64,000 nt of DNA from Octopus sinensis (GCF_006345805.1 NC_043000.1:122636001-122700000); one strand, 5' to 3'. Shown: positions 24,310 through 38,312, numbered from the stretch's first letter. The notes: a model not told the origin generated them from the sequence alone. Translations and numbers: made by a program.

Positions 24310-25090
24310 CAGACATACAGACAGACTACATTCAGTAAAGCATTGCTCTTCAGTATCTTTCACTTTTAAACCTACACACTTGTCAGTTGCTCAACTCTTA
24401 ACCATGTACAATAATTATACATCCAGTATACCAAATACATGGTTTTAAAAGCTTAAACTAAACGGAGGCGATATAATCTTTAGATGATTTCAATTTCTAA
24501 GTGCTCAGGGAGAACGATACATTAAAATTTTGTTAGTCGCGTTTTGCAGTTTTCTCCATCATAGACAATAATATATAATCATGCGTTGGCACCAAAATCG
24601 ATCAGTTAGAAGGAAAAGTAAATGCTTCAGCATTACTAATACTATAATTCAAACATTAGTAGTGTATATTTTTAATAGGAACACAAGTGTAAACTTCTTC
24701 AAGCGTGCAATTACCTACAATATTATGTATAAACCACTTTAGACACGACGTTCAGTTTCAGAGAAATTACAACGAAATGAGAGGTGTTTTGACTGCGTGG
24801 GTTAACGCTAAGTGGTATCATCATCATGCTGATATTTCGTTGCAACTCATGTGTCTCTTAGTTTGCTAGGACAAGTGAAGTTCTCAGATTTATGATTATC
24901 TTGTAGGTATCATTGGCAAATACCGTCTTGGTGGAACTTGGTAAAAGAAAATTGTTGAAAAAAATGTTGTTTGAGTGTGTGTTTATGTATGTATGTATAT
25001 ATATATATATATAATATATATATATATATAGTCATCAATGTATGTATGTACTTGTATGTATCTACATATCTATCTATCTATCTATCTATC

Positions 25091-25124
<34 letters not shown>

Positions 25125-25298
25125 ATAGATAGATAGATAGATATGTAGATACATACAAGTACATACATACATTGATGACTATATATATATATATATTATA
25201 TATATATATTATATATATAGTCATCAATGTATGTATGTACTTGTATGTATATCTATCTATCTATCTATCTATATATATATATATATATATAGTATATT

Positions 25299-25360
<62 letters not shown>

Positions 25361-25440
25361 ATATATGTACATATAAACATATATATACATATATATATAC
25401 ATGTACATAAATATACATGCACAGATACATATATACACAC

Positions 25441-25615
25441 CCCTGTCCAGCGATCGCCATGATCAATTGCTAGCCACTAAAGCTTTTCTATTCTCTCTGT
25501 TTATTTTCTCGTGTTCCTCTCTGTTGAAGAGCCTAGACTCGAAACGTAAAAGACTTTCTCACCTTCCGAGCGTTAAACTAATACACCTGTTTCTTGTTTA
25601 CACCCTGTCTTCGTT
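25441..25615 (+). mobile_element. PLE-like pseudo-LTR fragment with a degenerate minimal hammerhead (25517-25552)
   Basis: CTCT-CTGTTGA-AGAGCCTAGACTC-GAAA-CGTA-AAAG: palindromic ACGT stem III, GTA triplet, variant core; flanked by (TA)n. PLE assignment is inferred. Confidence 0.5.
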
Positions 25616-25617
25616 TA

Positions 25618-25674
<57 letters not shown>

Positions 25675-25714
25675 GTACATACATATAAATGTACAGATAT
25701 ACATATATAGATAT

Positions 25715-26575
25715 ATTTCAAAATTAAGACAAAGTTCTTTTTTAATCTAAAATATACTCTCCTTCGTTTTCTACAACGCTCTTCCATCTATCTGGTAGAC
25801 TTGCAAAGACCCTCTTTCAAAATTCACTTGTCTGTGACGAAAAATATTGTTGTGACCTCGTCTACAGAATTCCTATTTTTTCCAGCCAAATGATTTTGTA
25901 GGCTGCTGAGAAAATGTTAATCAGATGGGGCAATGTCATGCGAATGTGGTAGGCGGGCCTTCGTTTCCCATTCAAACTGTTCCAGCCGTTGCAATGTCAT
26001 CCTCGCAGTATGTGGTTGAGCATTATCCTGATGGAAGAACACCTTCCGTCTTAAAACCAAAGATGGTTGATTTTCATATAGCGCAGGTGTCGATGAACGG
26101 TTGAATGACCAAATCAAAGCTTCTCTGCTAGTTCCTCAACAGTTACAATGGGACTTTGTTCCACTAGGTTTTGCAGCACATCGTCGACGAGCTCTACATA
26201 TCTTCTAAGACGAGTCTTGTCTTCTTAGAAGGCAATTTCCGGCTAGGAATTTCTGGAACCACCGTTGACACTGGCTTACGCTTAGTGTCCGATCCCCATA
26301 TACTGGAATAATTTTCGTAGCACTTTCCGTTGCGTTGTTGGCTTTATGAACTCATTATGCAAAATATGTTGAATATGCTACTTTGTCCCTTCCATTATAC
26401 TTTTGAAAAATTAACTGTTTAAATTCGAACTGCGCCCTTCTTACCTTGCACTAGGAAGAAGCACAAGATAAACTTACTACCTGGTTTTATAGCAAAATGA
26501 TGCTGGTAGTTTATACCGTCCCCCTCCGACTTCCAGTTCATGGTATTGAAAAAAACATATATTGATGACCCAATA
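25715..26575 (-). mobile_element. Decayed, internally deleted mariner transposon
   Basis: ATG at 26395: MEGTK*HIQHIL...VYGDRTLSVSQCQRWFQKF; then ...HSTVHRHLR joins directly to HQDNAQPH...HSHDIAPSD (34 residues between the two D) and ...LPDRWKSVVENEGEYILD*. The first catalytic D region is deleted. Confidence 0.85.
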
Positions 26576-26601
26576 TGTGTGTGTGTGTGTGTGGTGTGAA
26601 T

Positions 26602-26920
26602 GCGCGTGACTTCGTGGTTAGGGCATTCGACTCATGATTGTAAGATCGTAAATCCAATTCAAGGCAACGCGTTTTGTCCTTGAGCAAGACAATTTATTTC
26701 ACGTTGCATCTGTCTACCCAGCAGGCAAAAATGAGTAGTACTTCTATTTCAAAGGGCCGTCCTTTTCACACTTTGTGCCACGCTCGCTGAATTTCGCTCA
26801 GAACTATGTCAGGGTACACGTATCTGTGGAGTGATCAGCCACTTGCACGTTAATTTCACGTGCAAGCTGTTCTGTTGATTATGTCAGCTGAGACCCTCGT
26901 CGTCGTAACCAACAGAGTTT
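26602..26920 (+). mobile_element. SINE family C (older copy)
   Basis: tRNA-like head GCGCGTGACTTCGTGGTTAGGGCATTCG, TGTCCTTGAGCAAGACA box, tail CCCTCGTCGTCGTAACC. Confidence 0.88.
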
Positions 26921-26949
26921 TCCTCCTTTGTTTATATATATATAGTGAG

Positions 26950-27268
26950 GGCGCGTGGCTTAGTGGTTAGGGCATTCGGCTCATGATCGTAAGGTTGTGA
27001 GTTCGATTCCCGGCGACGCGTTGTGTCCTTGAGCAAGACACTTTATTTCACGTTGCTCCAGTCCACTCAGCTGGCAAAAATGAGTTGTACTTGTATTTCA
27101 AAGGGTCAGCCTTGTCACTCTCTGTGTCACGCTGATTATCCCCGAGAACTACGTTAAGGGTACACGTGTCTGTGGAATGCTCAGCCATTTGCACGTTAAT
27201 TTCACGAGCAAGCTGTTCCGTTGATCGTATCAGCTGGGACCCTCGTCGTCGTAACCGGCGGAGTCTTT
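26950..27268 (+). mobile_element. SINE family C, full-length
   Basis: GGCGCGTGGCTTAGTGG (A box-like) ... GAGTTCGATTCC (B box) ... GTGTCCTTGAGCAAGACACTTTATTTCAC ... CGTCGTCGTAACCGGCGGAGT. Confidence 0.92.
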
Positions 27269-27648
27269 TTTTAATATGTATATATATATATATATATATA
27301 GAAGACATGAATCCGAAGACACACACTCTAAGATATAGAGCAGAGTACATTAAAATTGGGAAGGCCGGTTTATGGGATTACAATGGCTTTCCCCTCTATA
27401 AAGGGTTTAGCTTCATGGCGTATCGTCAGACACCCCAAAATTACTTATATCACATAAAGTTAAACAAATTATGGACTTGAATTCCAGGGTATACCGGCTT
27501 CCCCATTTTTAATATATATATATATCGATAGATAGATAGATATGATTTTGATTTTGATTTTTCCAGTTTCAGCTAATGAGCTGTGGCCATGCTGGGGCAC
27601 CGATATAGATATATTAAATATATATATATATATTTGTATATATATATA

Positions 27649-27691
<43 letters not shown>

Positions 27692-27696
27692 TAAAT

Positions 27697-27953
27697 CATC
27701 ACGTGACTGACCAGACTAACAGATGTTGGTACATATCGCTGGTCACAATGCGTTTTTGTGTTGTCTTAGCCTTCAAATAATGCCACCACACTTCCTAGGT
27801 GTGCAGGAAAAACATTCACCACTGTCAGGGTGCTACTGTAGTGACATGAAATGAAGTGTTTTGCTCAAGAACACAACGCGTTGCCCAGTCCAAGAATCGA
27901 ACCCACGATACAGCGATGACGAGTGCAACAAACTAAGCACTAAGCCATGCGCC
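27697..27953 (-). mobile_element. SINE family C variant with a different 3' tail
   Basis: Same head and central box on the minus strand; tail ...GTGACCAGCGATATGTACCAACATCTG...GTCACGTGATG. Confidence 0.8.
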
Positions 27954-28092
27954 TTCGTACATACACATACACTCACACAACTACATATGTATGTATGAAT
28001 GTGTGTGTGTACATATATGTCTAAAAATATATATATATAGGTACGTATTATGTATATATATGTATATATATATATATATATATACATAATAC

Positions 28093-28170
<78 letters not shown>

Positions 28171-29419
28171 GCACCCATATATATAGGTATGTATATATAT
28201 TGTATATAAATATATACATATATATGTATACACACATATATATAGGTGCGTGTGTGTCTGTGTCTGTGATAAATCTCACACTTCCATACCTTTATCTTCA
28301 ACTTATTAGGGTTAATCATATATGGAAATGTAGCAAAAACGAAATTTGCCACGCTTTTCCTTTGTTTTTCCGTTTTTTTTCTTTTCTTAATTTTTCCTTC
28401 TTTTTACGTTTTTTCTGGAGTTTTTTTTCTTTTTTTTTTTTTTGTACAGAGTAATATTTATATAATCTCGTCGAGAAAACTTGATGATTTCCTCGTATAA
28501 CAAGGTTTTAGATTTCGTGAAAACTCATCTCAGCACCGTCCAGTCGTAAGTAACACATCGCTGTATTATTTGAATTAGAAATTCATGAAAATTGCTTTTT
28601 ATCGCGTATAGAAGAATATTTATAGATTCATGAAGAGGTTTTCTCTATTCTTATTTTTTCTTCTCTCTCTCTCATCAAATGGTGTTACTTTAGTGGAATG
28701 CTCTGACACGCTTTTCCTTTTCTTTTTTTTTTCGTACTTTTTCCTTGTATGTTATGAATCTAAATCGTTAGGGTCTATATTATTCTATTCTATTTGGCAA
28801 TAAGATGCTTTCACCGTGTTTGTATTTTTGTAGTGTTTGAATCTATTTCTGCTTTGATGTAGTTATTATCAATGGTATTTAATTTCCTACACCAGAATAT
28901 TCTATATATTCTTCAGTAATCTTCTCTTTTATAGAGATTTTTGTTTCTGCTTTTACTTATTTATTCATTTTTATTTATACGACAGTGCGCTTTGATAGTA
29001 GTAAAAATCAGAAAAATCATTTTAATTCTAAAGCTTTATTGAATATTCAGCTATATTACTTTTTCTTTTTTTTCTTTTACCAATTTCAATTCATCTATCA
29101 GGAAAAAAAAAATAATAAACAAATATAATGAAAATGAAATTAAATATCCGAATTATTCATAAAGAATTTTATTCTTGGTATTCTTAGATATCTAGCCAAT
29201 ATAACACAAACAGTAACTGGAACAAACAAGATGTACAAATTCATTTGTCCACTTACACAGAATTATAGCGAAGATTCAGATGGCGTTTACTAGAAACTGC
29301 TTTTGATAGCTCTCAATAGAGAAGTTTATTATTTTTTTATTGGCATTGAGATCAATGTTGTTGCTTATCGTTGTGGTTGCTGTTGTTATTTGCTGTTACA
29401 CTATTTTGATACTGTTGTT

Positions 29420-29671
29420 TTGATGTCGCAGTTGTTATTATTATTGTTATTATTATCATGATTATTATTAGTAGTAGTATCACCATCACCATCATTATCA
29501 TCATCTTCATCAACATCCTAATCATCGATGATATCATCCTCGTCATCATTATCATCATCTTCATTACCATCCTAATAATTAACATCATTATCAACTTAAG
29601 CATCATCATCATCAAAAACAATATTATTACTATTATTATTATCATTATTATTATTATCATTATTATTATTA

Positions 29672-29726
<55 letters not shown>

Positions 29727-29779
29727 TATTATTATCATCATTATCATTATTATTATTATCATCATTATTGTTATTATTA

Positions 29780-29831
<52 letters not shown>

Positions 29832-29995
29832 TATGATTATTATTATTATTATTATTATTGTTATTATTATTATTATTATTATTATTGTCATCATCATCGT
29901 TATTATTATTTTATTATTATCATCATCATCATCATCATCATCATTATTATTATTATTATTACTGCGATCACCATCATCACCGTCATCATCATAAT
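29420..29995. repeat. Long compound (ATT)n/(ATC)n microsatellite
   Basis: Direct inspection; source of the poly-Ile ORF calls. Confidence 0.97.
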
Positions 29996-30266
29996 TGTTA
30001 TTATTATATTTTCTAAGGTTTGATGCGAATTTCTACTGCACCACCAAGTGCACTTCCGCCTTCATGAGTTGTGTGCAAGTATTATTTTGCAGTTTACTGA
30101 AATGTATTTTGCACGCTACATCCGTCTTGCATTGTTGTGGAATTCGCTTTGTTGTTTCTGATGTTATTTCACTATTTCATGTGCTGTGTAACGCACGTGG
30201 TACAATATGAGTTGTGATATTTCGCAATGATTGTATATTGTGTGTATGTGCGTGCGTATGATTGTA

Positions 30267-30316
<50 letters not shown>

Positions 30317-30489
30317 TGAGAAAGATGTATTATGTAATCTCCTCGAAGAAGCACCCACGTTATTCAATCCGTCTTATACTCCATACATTCACGGATTTGA
30401 TTTGCTTAAGCTTCCATTTTGCTTTCAACTTTTTTTTATTCTAAGTATACTTTTTAATTATTTAGATTCTTCTTTGTTTCTTTACTAGT

Positions 30490-31290
30490 GCCTGTTTTCA
30501 ATTTGGTTTCAATAAACTCTGAATCAGGCCTGGATTTTCTCAGCATTCTTATCAGAGAGTTTTACACAATGACAAAAAAAGTAACTGGGATACAGAGTCT
30601 CCTTGAAATATTCCCCTGCCTAAATTCATATTTTCTAAAGATTCGTTTTCGTAAAGATTCGTTTTGCTTCCCACGCACCTATTCATTTTGACAGAAAGGT
30701 GTCTATATTCTCATTGAATCCAAGCGCCTTCAATCAAGAGTCCAAGAGCCAGCTATTTGCAACTTCATCGTAAGCAACTCTTTTTGTTTATCCAGCCAAC
30801 AGCTAAATTCTTCCTATTCATACATCATTTATTATTATATTATAAATATACATCACTTCCTCTTGGCTTCTTTTCCTTTTGCTAAAGTAAAAATAGATTC
30901 TTCTTCTCGAAAAAGCTATACACTTCATCTACTAAGAGACCAGTTAATAATTTCCACAGTAATGAACTCACTCTTTCCTTTTTTTACCCTTCAGTGTCAG
31001 CACTGTCTTTCATTTTCTCATCATCTTGGTGTTCCATTTTCTGCACAGTCAATAAGAAATGTTTGTATATTGTGTTTGAATGTGCAGTTCTTTTTTACCC
31101 AGCAACGTTTAACACCACCTGGTCCGATGAGGCTTTCCAGTTTAGAAATTTAGTATCTTATTCAGCCTCTCTTTCACTTTCTTATACTGTTTTGCGCCAT
31201 TGTCCATTTCATTTTCAACTTTCCATAACCAGTCTGCTTCTATATTACATCGAGCTTTTTGCACCAGGTTTCTAATCAAAACTTCCTTGC
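30490..31290 (-). pseudogene. Fossil reverse-transcriptase segment of an R4/Dong-like LINE
   Basis: Across frameshifts, in the correct order: NIEADWL...NWKA/GPGGV..CWVKK...LLWKLLTGLLVDEVYSF...KNLAVGWI...AYDEVANSWL...GRGIFQGDSVSQLLF (GIFQGDS near 30597-30617). Confidence 0.72.
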
Positions 31291-31692
31291 CCCTTCAGAA
31301 TTTCGCACATCAATTTCATGATGTTCATCCACATTGTTCAGCAGTTGGTAACACTTCGTTTCATTTCTTCTTCTTAAAATAAACACACCAGATTGTTCAT
31401 TTACAAAATCAAAGGAAGTTATGAGAAAAATATTTTTTTTTAAAGTATTTGCAAGGGTATTAATCGTACTCAGATGGACAATTCTGTTCTCAATGCATTT
31501 CTTGCGAGGATGGTAAGCCAGAGATTTTTCTCAAATAATTGTTTTGTTCCTTTTATTGAATATTCCAAGCTCTCCTACAATCACTGGAATTGTAACCGCC
31601 TTGACATGCTACATATCATTATTGTCACCGTCGTCGTCAGTGTCATCCTCATCTTCAGTATTATTATTATCATCATCATCATCATTATTAAT

Positions 31693-32052
31693 AGTCCCAC
31701 AGCGTGGCACCTTGGCAAGTGTCTTCTAATATAGCCTCGGGCCGACCAAAGCCTTGTGAGTGGATTTGGTAGACGGAAACTGAAAGAAACCCGTCGTATA
31801 TGTATATATATACATTTGTGTGTGTGTGTGTGTGTGGTGTGTGTATGTTTGTATGTCTGTATCCCCCTCCCCCAACATCGATTGACAACCGATGCTGGTG
31901 TGTTTATGTCACAGATACTTAGTGGTTCGGCAAAAGAGACCGATAGAATAAGTACTAGGCTTCCAAAGAATAAATCATGGTTTCAATTTGCTCGTCTAAA
32001 GGCAGTGCTCCAGCGTGGCCGCAGTCAAGTGACAGAAAGAAGTAAAAGAGTA
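31693..32052 (+). mobile_element. SINE family A, 5'-truncated
   Basis: AGTCCCACAGCGTGGCACCTTGGCAAG ... GTAAAAGAGTA, followed by (CTA/CTG)n. Confidence 0.9.
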
Positions 32053-33151
32053 TATAACAGCAACAACTACTACTGCTGCTGCTGCTACTACTACTACTAC
32101 TACTCCTACTACTATTACTACTACTACTACTGCTGCTACTGCTGCTGCTACTGCCATTACTACAACTATTACTACTACCTTGGCCTCCCCGAAAATTTCT
32201 TTCTCCAATTCATCATATTGATAACAACAACGTTCCTTATAATTTAAACGTTTTTAATTTTTCTTCTCTTCAAAGACATTGTTAATGGGCTGCATTGACC
32301 AACCTGCAGTTAAAATATGCAGAAGAAATTGAATAAGGAGAGGTGTGTAGCATTATGCTAAAACGATATTGAAATGACATCATTGTTTTGAAATAAACAT
32401 TGCTTTCTTAATGCTCTTTAATAAGAACTCGTACTTTACATCTAAGTCAATAAATGTTCGTCCAAAATAGAACGCTACGTGGTCATGCTGTGTTTACCAA
32501 TATAATGCTATTTAAGGTTGCTGTCTTAATTGCTACGTTTATATCTTTGCTCATTAGGAATAACATATGTCCATTTCGGATCATTAATTTTTAGTAATGT
32601 TGTTTGTATAAGTGTTTCCGTCTACTCCCTGTATGAGGATAAGCATTAACAACACTCAGACATCTCACATGATCATCTTCATTATAGTCAAGTAGAGCTT
32701 AGGTATCCTCTAAGAGGAAGGTCACCTGATGAATATAAACCTAATTAATAGTCAAGAGAAATAGGGTTTTAAGCAATTATGTGTTGTCTATTAAACGATT
32801 ATAATAGTATTTTTTAATGAATAGAAAGGTTTCAAATTAATTAATATACTTGTATTTGTCGTTAATATAAATTCCTAAAGTAATTGCATATATTACTTAA
32901 AAATTATCTTTCAATGAATTATACCCAACACTGATTATATGAGAAAATATATTTCGGAAATTCCTAATTGTTGAAAAATAAAAGAGTATATTAATTTTGA
33001 AATAGTATAGGAGATCTCGGGGGATTACCTACTGTAATTGTGAAAATGTTGAGAAAGAAAGCTGAATATCGATATAGTTTTATTCTAAAAGATAGCCAGT
33101 AGTTGTAGGCACTTTGTCAAACAATTTCTTTTTTATATGGTGTCACATGAA

Positions 33152-33363
33152 GGCGGCGAACTGGCAGAACCCTTAGCAAACCGGGTGAAATGCTTAGCGG
33201 CATTTCCATCCGTCTTTACACTCTGAGTTCAAATTCCACCGAGGTCGACTTTATTTTTCATCTTTTTGAGGTCGATAAATTAGGTACAAGTTGAGCACTG
33301 GTTTGATTAAACTGACTTAACACCTCGCCCAAAATTGCTAAACTTGTGCCAAAATCTGAAACC
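33152..33363 (+). mobile_element. SINE family B with the alternative tail
   Basis: GGCGGCGAACTGGCAGAACCCTTAGC ... GAGGTCGACTTT ... TTGTGCCAAAATCTGAAACC. Confidence 0.85.
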
Positions 33364-34867
33364 TACATGAACAGCCATGTATTTGTTTTACTTAAAATAA
33401 AAGACTAGGAGTGGAAAAAGACACAGTTTGAAGGAGGTGTAAAATGTATTATTATTTATTTAATGAGAAGTCACTGGATTTGATTAAACCTTTCTCAACT
33501 GAATTATATTTAAAATTATATTTAAAAAAAAAAACAGAAGATAAATGAGAAGTCTGCATGTTCAGGGGTCACCACAATAAATGAATAGGAAATGAAATTT
33601 AAAAGTATAGAAATATTTAAGTATTATAGAATGAAAATAAATGTCTCAGTTATTTGTTTCAGTATGTCATGGTGTATCACTGAAAAACTGATATTTTATA
33701 TCAAAATCATGTTTGTGTTTGATTCACTACTATGTATTTTCAATAGAATTAGCATTGTAATCTATTGTCTAACATTGCAATTTCTACAGTGACTTATGAA
33801 AGAAAATAACGTCAATAGACCCAAATTATATAGTTTCTTGACCAACATGCATATTTAGCTGTTTAAACACCAATAAAAAAAATATCTCGGCACACAAAAA
33901 AATAAAGAGCTCGTAGAATGAGAAGAATGTACAGAAAACATTATTAAGCAGAGAGAAATTCATGCTGACGTATTTATTCTCTTTTACTGAAAATTAATTT
34001 ACAGCAACTTCGTATATTGCAAACACTTGTACCACTTCAGTTTATCTCAGATTGTCAGAGCAATTACTTCATATTAATTCAGACTTTGCTATGACACAGG
34101 AGTTACAAATATATAACTAGGACATTGTGCGATTGTATTTTATCTCTAAAATTCTTACATATAATTCATCATCTATGTACAGCATCTTGAAAATGTTTTC
34201 TCTGATTGTGCACTTCGACTATATGTCATCAATATTATTCATAAAGATTTTTCAATATTTTCTTTAATAATAAATAATTAGCATGAAGTATAATCAACCA
34301 GAGGTTCGAAAACAAAGGCTATCTAAAATAAAGCTGTTGTGTGGACGCCCCCAGACGATGAAGTAGGCTAGCCTAATACATAGATATAGAGGGAGGAGTC
34401 TAGATGTCGGGAGTTGAGAAGAGGTCATCCGAACGTGCAATATAACAGTGGCGACGAGGATTTCGTAGCTCACACAGCCACTGTGTAGTATTGTGATATA
34501 ACAAAAGCATAAGAGTATCTGGTATATCTTGTTATTTCTGAGACGTGTGTTACGAATTATATCCGGGACAACATCTTTTGACAGTTGTGCAAAGCAACGT
34601 CGGGGTTCTGCCATTCAGAACTAGATTTCTTTGATGAATACTCAACAAAACCCGTCTTAAGCGGTGTCTGTACAAGAAAGCTTTGTTTTCATGATGCTAA
34701 AAGTTCGCAAATTTCATAATGCTAGAATTTCGGAAACCCCTTTAGTATTTCAGAAGGGATCAATTTTCGTGTCTCATTTTTGTTGTTTACATGCATAAAT
34801 CTTTCACTCGTAATTGTATCCTATCCTTTATCCAGAATTCAATATTGAATATTATACAATTTTGTCC

Positions 34868-34908
<41 letters not shown>

Positions 34909-34937
34909 CTTTATATAATTATGAATATAATTATAAA

Positions 34938-35290
34938 TAGGGTTCAGCAAAAAATTTGCTTTGCCACATACCGAACTTTTAGAAATAGCAGCCAAAGAAC
35001 TTAGATATTTCTTCCACTATAAGAAGAATCTCCCAGTCAATGTATACTCAAAAACAATTCACGTAGGCATAGAGGGAAAAATAACGAAAGTTCACCCGGC
35101 ATTTGATTACTTGTGGATGCGTTTCTGAGCTAGTTAGATATGGAGATGCAAGAATTACATCTCTATTCCAACATTCTCTTCATCAGCACAAAGATTTCAA
35201 TAATTTCAAATTAGAGAGCACTGAAAAAATTGAACATACCTATCTGATTCGAGTAACATCAGACAAACTATTTTCAACATCCAGTACCAA
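34938..35290 (-). mobile_element. PLE-like terminal repeat fragment; same family as the 47385-47714 element
   Basis: Shares CCACATACCGAA..TTAGAAATAGCAG.CAAAGA, GGAAAAATAACGAAA and GGATGCGTTTCTG with 47385-47560; carries a hammerhead motif. Confidence 0.6.
35111..35191 (-). ncRNA. Type I hammerhead ribozyme
   Basis: Minus strand TTGTG-CTGATGA(35186-35180)-long stem II-GAAA(35125-35122)-CGC-ATC/CACAA. Perfect 5-bp stem I TTGTG/CACAA; imperfect stem III. Confidence 0.65.
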
Positions 35291-35326
35291 CGAATTCAAA
35301 ACACACACACACACACACACACACAC

Positions 35327-35360
<34 letters not shown>

Positions 35361-35930
35361 GTATCATAATATTTTGATTCAGGTTAGATTTAGTAACGTA
35401 TACAGGACCACGAAAAACTTCATTGTTAGCACTGCAATTTAGGTCAGTGTTTTCGTTATCTTCTAAATAGTTTTAGCAATGTCTTTGAAGTACAATGTCT
35501 TAAGAAGTACAACTAAGGGAGTTTGAATGGTGAACATATGTATAAAGCAATAACAATTATGTGGCACTTACTGATAGTAATCTTTACCTCGAAATATATC
35601 GAGGACAAAAACTGCAATGGATATGCACAGCTGTTCTGGATTCATGCCAAACAAATCTAAACTTAACGCGAGACTGAACAGTAAAATCGGTTTATTTCCC
35701 CATCATTTACAGCTAGAATATTGTTTTCATATTTATAGTTTCCTTTAATATTTCTAGAAGATCTCAGTTTTCCTGTACTTGTTGGGCTTCCTTTCTAGCT
35801 ACACTTTTAAATGTTGTGCACTCTATTACATGTGTGTGTGTATCTGTGTACGTGTGCACGCGCGTGTGTACCGGGAGAGAGAGAGAGAGAGAGTGAGAAT
35901 GTAGATATCAATGACGGATTAACGGATTAA

Positions 35931-36160
35931 GGCGGCGAGCTGGAAGAAACGTTAGCAAGCCGGGCGAAATGCTTAGCGGGATTTCGTCTGTCTTCACGTT
36001 CTGCGTTCAAATTTCGCCGAGGTCGACTTTGCCTTCCATCCTTTCGGGGTTGATTAAATAAGTCCCAGTTACGCACTGGAGTCGATATAATCGACTTAAT
36101 CCGTTTTTCTGTCCTTGTTTGCCCCTCTATGTTTAGCTCCTTGTGGGCAATAAAGAAATA
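35931..36160 (+). mobile_element. SINE family B with ~15-bp target-site duplication
   Basis: Flanked by GACGGATTAACGGAT (35913-35927) and GACGGATTAGCGGAT (36162-36176). Confidence 0.92.
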
Positions 36161-36187
36161 AGACGGATTAGCGGATAGGTAGACATC

Positions 36188-36188
<1 letters not shown>

Positions 36189-36263
<75 letters not shown>
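36189..36263. repeat. (GATA)n microsatellite
   Basis: Direct inspection. Confidence 0.97.
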
Positions 36264-36265
<2 letters not shown>

Positions 36266-36899
36266 CGTAAAGATGAAAGTAAAGAAAATTCAGTACGTTT
36301 CGTAGATTTATAGTTAATAATATTATCTCTTTCCGACAGATTTAAATTACAATAAGTTTCAAAGAAGTGAGAAAAGAACCCCTCTTCGTTAAAATGCTTC
36401 ATCACAATTTGCAAGCTTTTCATTACTACTACGTAATGCTGGTTTTTATTAAATTACGTGTTTACTTCGTTATTATGAACTGAAAATAGACGGCTACAAA
36501 CTCTCGAATAGTATTCAGTCAGACTGGAAGTTTATGGTGAAATCTGTGGCTGAAGACTGTTGCAATGTAGGTGGGCAACACTAGTCGCCTTTACTTTCAT
36601 TCGAGATCCATGCTTTAATAGTTTCTATGAATTTTATGAAGGTACCAATAAGGGTCCATGCCAGGTATTAGCACCTAACGAATATCAGTTAGTCCCGTTG
36701 ATTTCAGTAAGTAAACTATTCAGATCCCGTGGATATAAAAAGAATTGGCGGTTAGTATATGTGGAGTGAAACTTACGGTACAGTATTAACAGTTAATGAT
36801 TTGAATTTTCTAGAAGTATCCAGGAGAGAGAGCTCGAATGATGACAGCAGATGTTTTCTTACTAATGGATATTCAATTTTCTCTGAGAAATAGCTCCAA

Positions 36900-37760
36900 T
36901 AAATGTCTTCTCCATGCGAATAGTATAGCCTTTATATTGATAATTATCAAGGCTTAATGACATGGAATATATTATCCACCACTAAGTGAAAAAGGCCGAA
37001 CAGGCAGGAAAGTAGAGTTTCTTCTGTTTTTTTAACCTTGTCTTGAATAAGGTATTTTTTTCTTCTTTTGAAACCTTTAAATGTAACACCTGCATACTGC
37101 TTGGTAAAATGAGAGTTGACTGTTCTGTCCTTGCGTAGGTGGTTTGATTTTGGTGGCTGCTTGGAGTGTAAGTTGTGTAGATGTATGATGTTATCGTATT
37201 GTAATAAGTGATTTTGTCTTGCCAAGATTAATACATCTTAACATTAGGCCCATTAACAATCTCGTCGATTGGATTTGTGGCCTAATTAAAGATAGAAATT
37301 TCCTAGATATATCCAGGGAGAGATCTAGATTCAATGGAGGAATTTAAGCAGGTGCTTCTTTTTGCGCTAACTCTCTTTGGGTATATAGTTACCGATTACT
37401 CTATATACATTAATTTCTCTGTAATGACTCACCAGGTGTGAGTTTCGATCCGTGGAGAGCTTTAAGTTTATTCTACTGATACCGATTAATGAAGCATTGA
37501 TTAAAGGCCAAGGGGGTTAGATTTCTCCTCATTAGATTAACAATGGGGATAGCATTTCTTTGGTTCAATTTCCAAAGTAATGTCCAGGAAGCTGAATGTG
37601 ATTGGATATTAATGTATGTATTAGAGATGATGATTATCATTACACAAGACATCTTGAAGACTCCTATTAAGTCTTCATCCAAAGTGTGCACATTCACTCT
37701 ATATGAGTTTGTCAGAATTTAGTCTGTATATAAGCTTGGACCAAGTTTGATTGTGTCTTA
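36900..37760 (-). pseudogene. Possible fossil Penelope-like RT/GIY-YIG coding remnant
   Basis: Fragments SFLDITLEI (RT thumb-like) and KQYAGVTFKGFKRR (YIG..FK.R-like) in the expected order; heavily degraded. Confidence 0.35.
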
Positions 37761-38106
37761 TTAAAGGTGCTGAAAACTTTACGTTAACTGCTTGCAACAT
37801 GTGATTCCCTAGTTCATTTTTGTATGTCAAACTGACTTTGTATAAGTATACACGAACATTTTACTCTGACACTATATTAAAGCATTTGTAATGCGAAAGC
37901 ATATTTTCGTATTTTTCCTTTCATATACATGCAGAGAGATATATAATAGAAATGTTTGTTCCGTCAAGAACTTCAAAAATAAATTTTCTTTATTCAAATA
38001 TACATAAATATATATTTATAAAAACTTTGCACATTTTCAACTAATTTTTTATTATCTTTTATATATATATATGTGTGTGTGTACGTACACACACATACAT
38101 GTATGT

Positions 38107-38168
<62 letters not shown>

Positions 38169-38309
38169 TATAGAGGTGTATGTGTGTCTGTTTCTGTAAG
38201 TATACATATACATAACTGTATATATAAATATAAATATGTATATGTGTGCGTGTCTGTTTTTGTAAATATACATATACACACACATCTGTGTATGTATATA
38301 TATATATAT

Positions 38310-38312
<3 letters not shown>

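Noticed and set aside
23410-27020. tRNA genes at SINE heads
   Set aside because: A/B boxes are present but there is no complete cloverleaf, and each continues into a SINE body.
32735-32770. CTGATGA...GAAA hammerhead candidate
   Set aside because: No credible stem II or stem III. CTGAAGA at ~61284 and ~8915 were rejected likewise for lack of a downstream GAAA in register.
34600-34740. Possible hAT C-terminal motif (CE.TFSIMK) on the minus strand
   Set aside because: Needs a frameshift within nine codons, and no other hAT motifs or TIRs were found.
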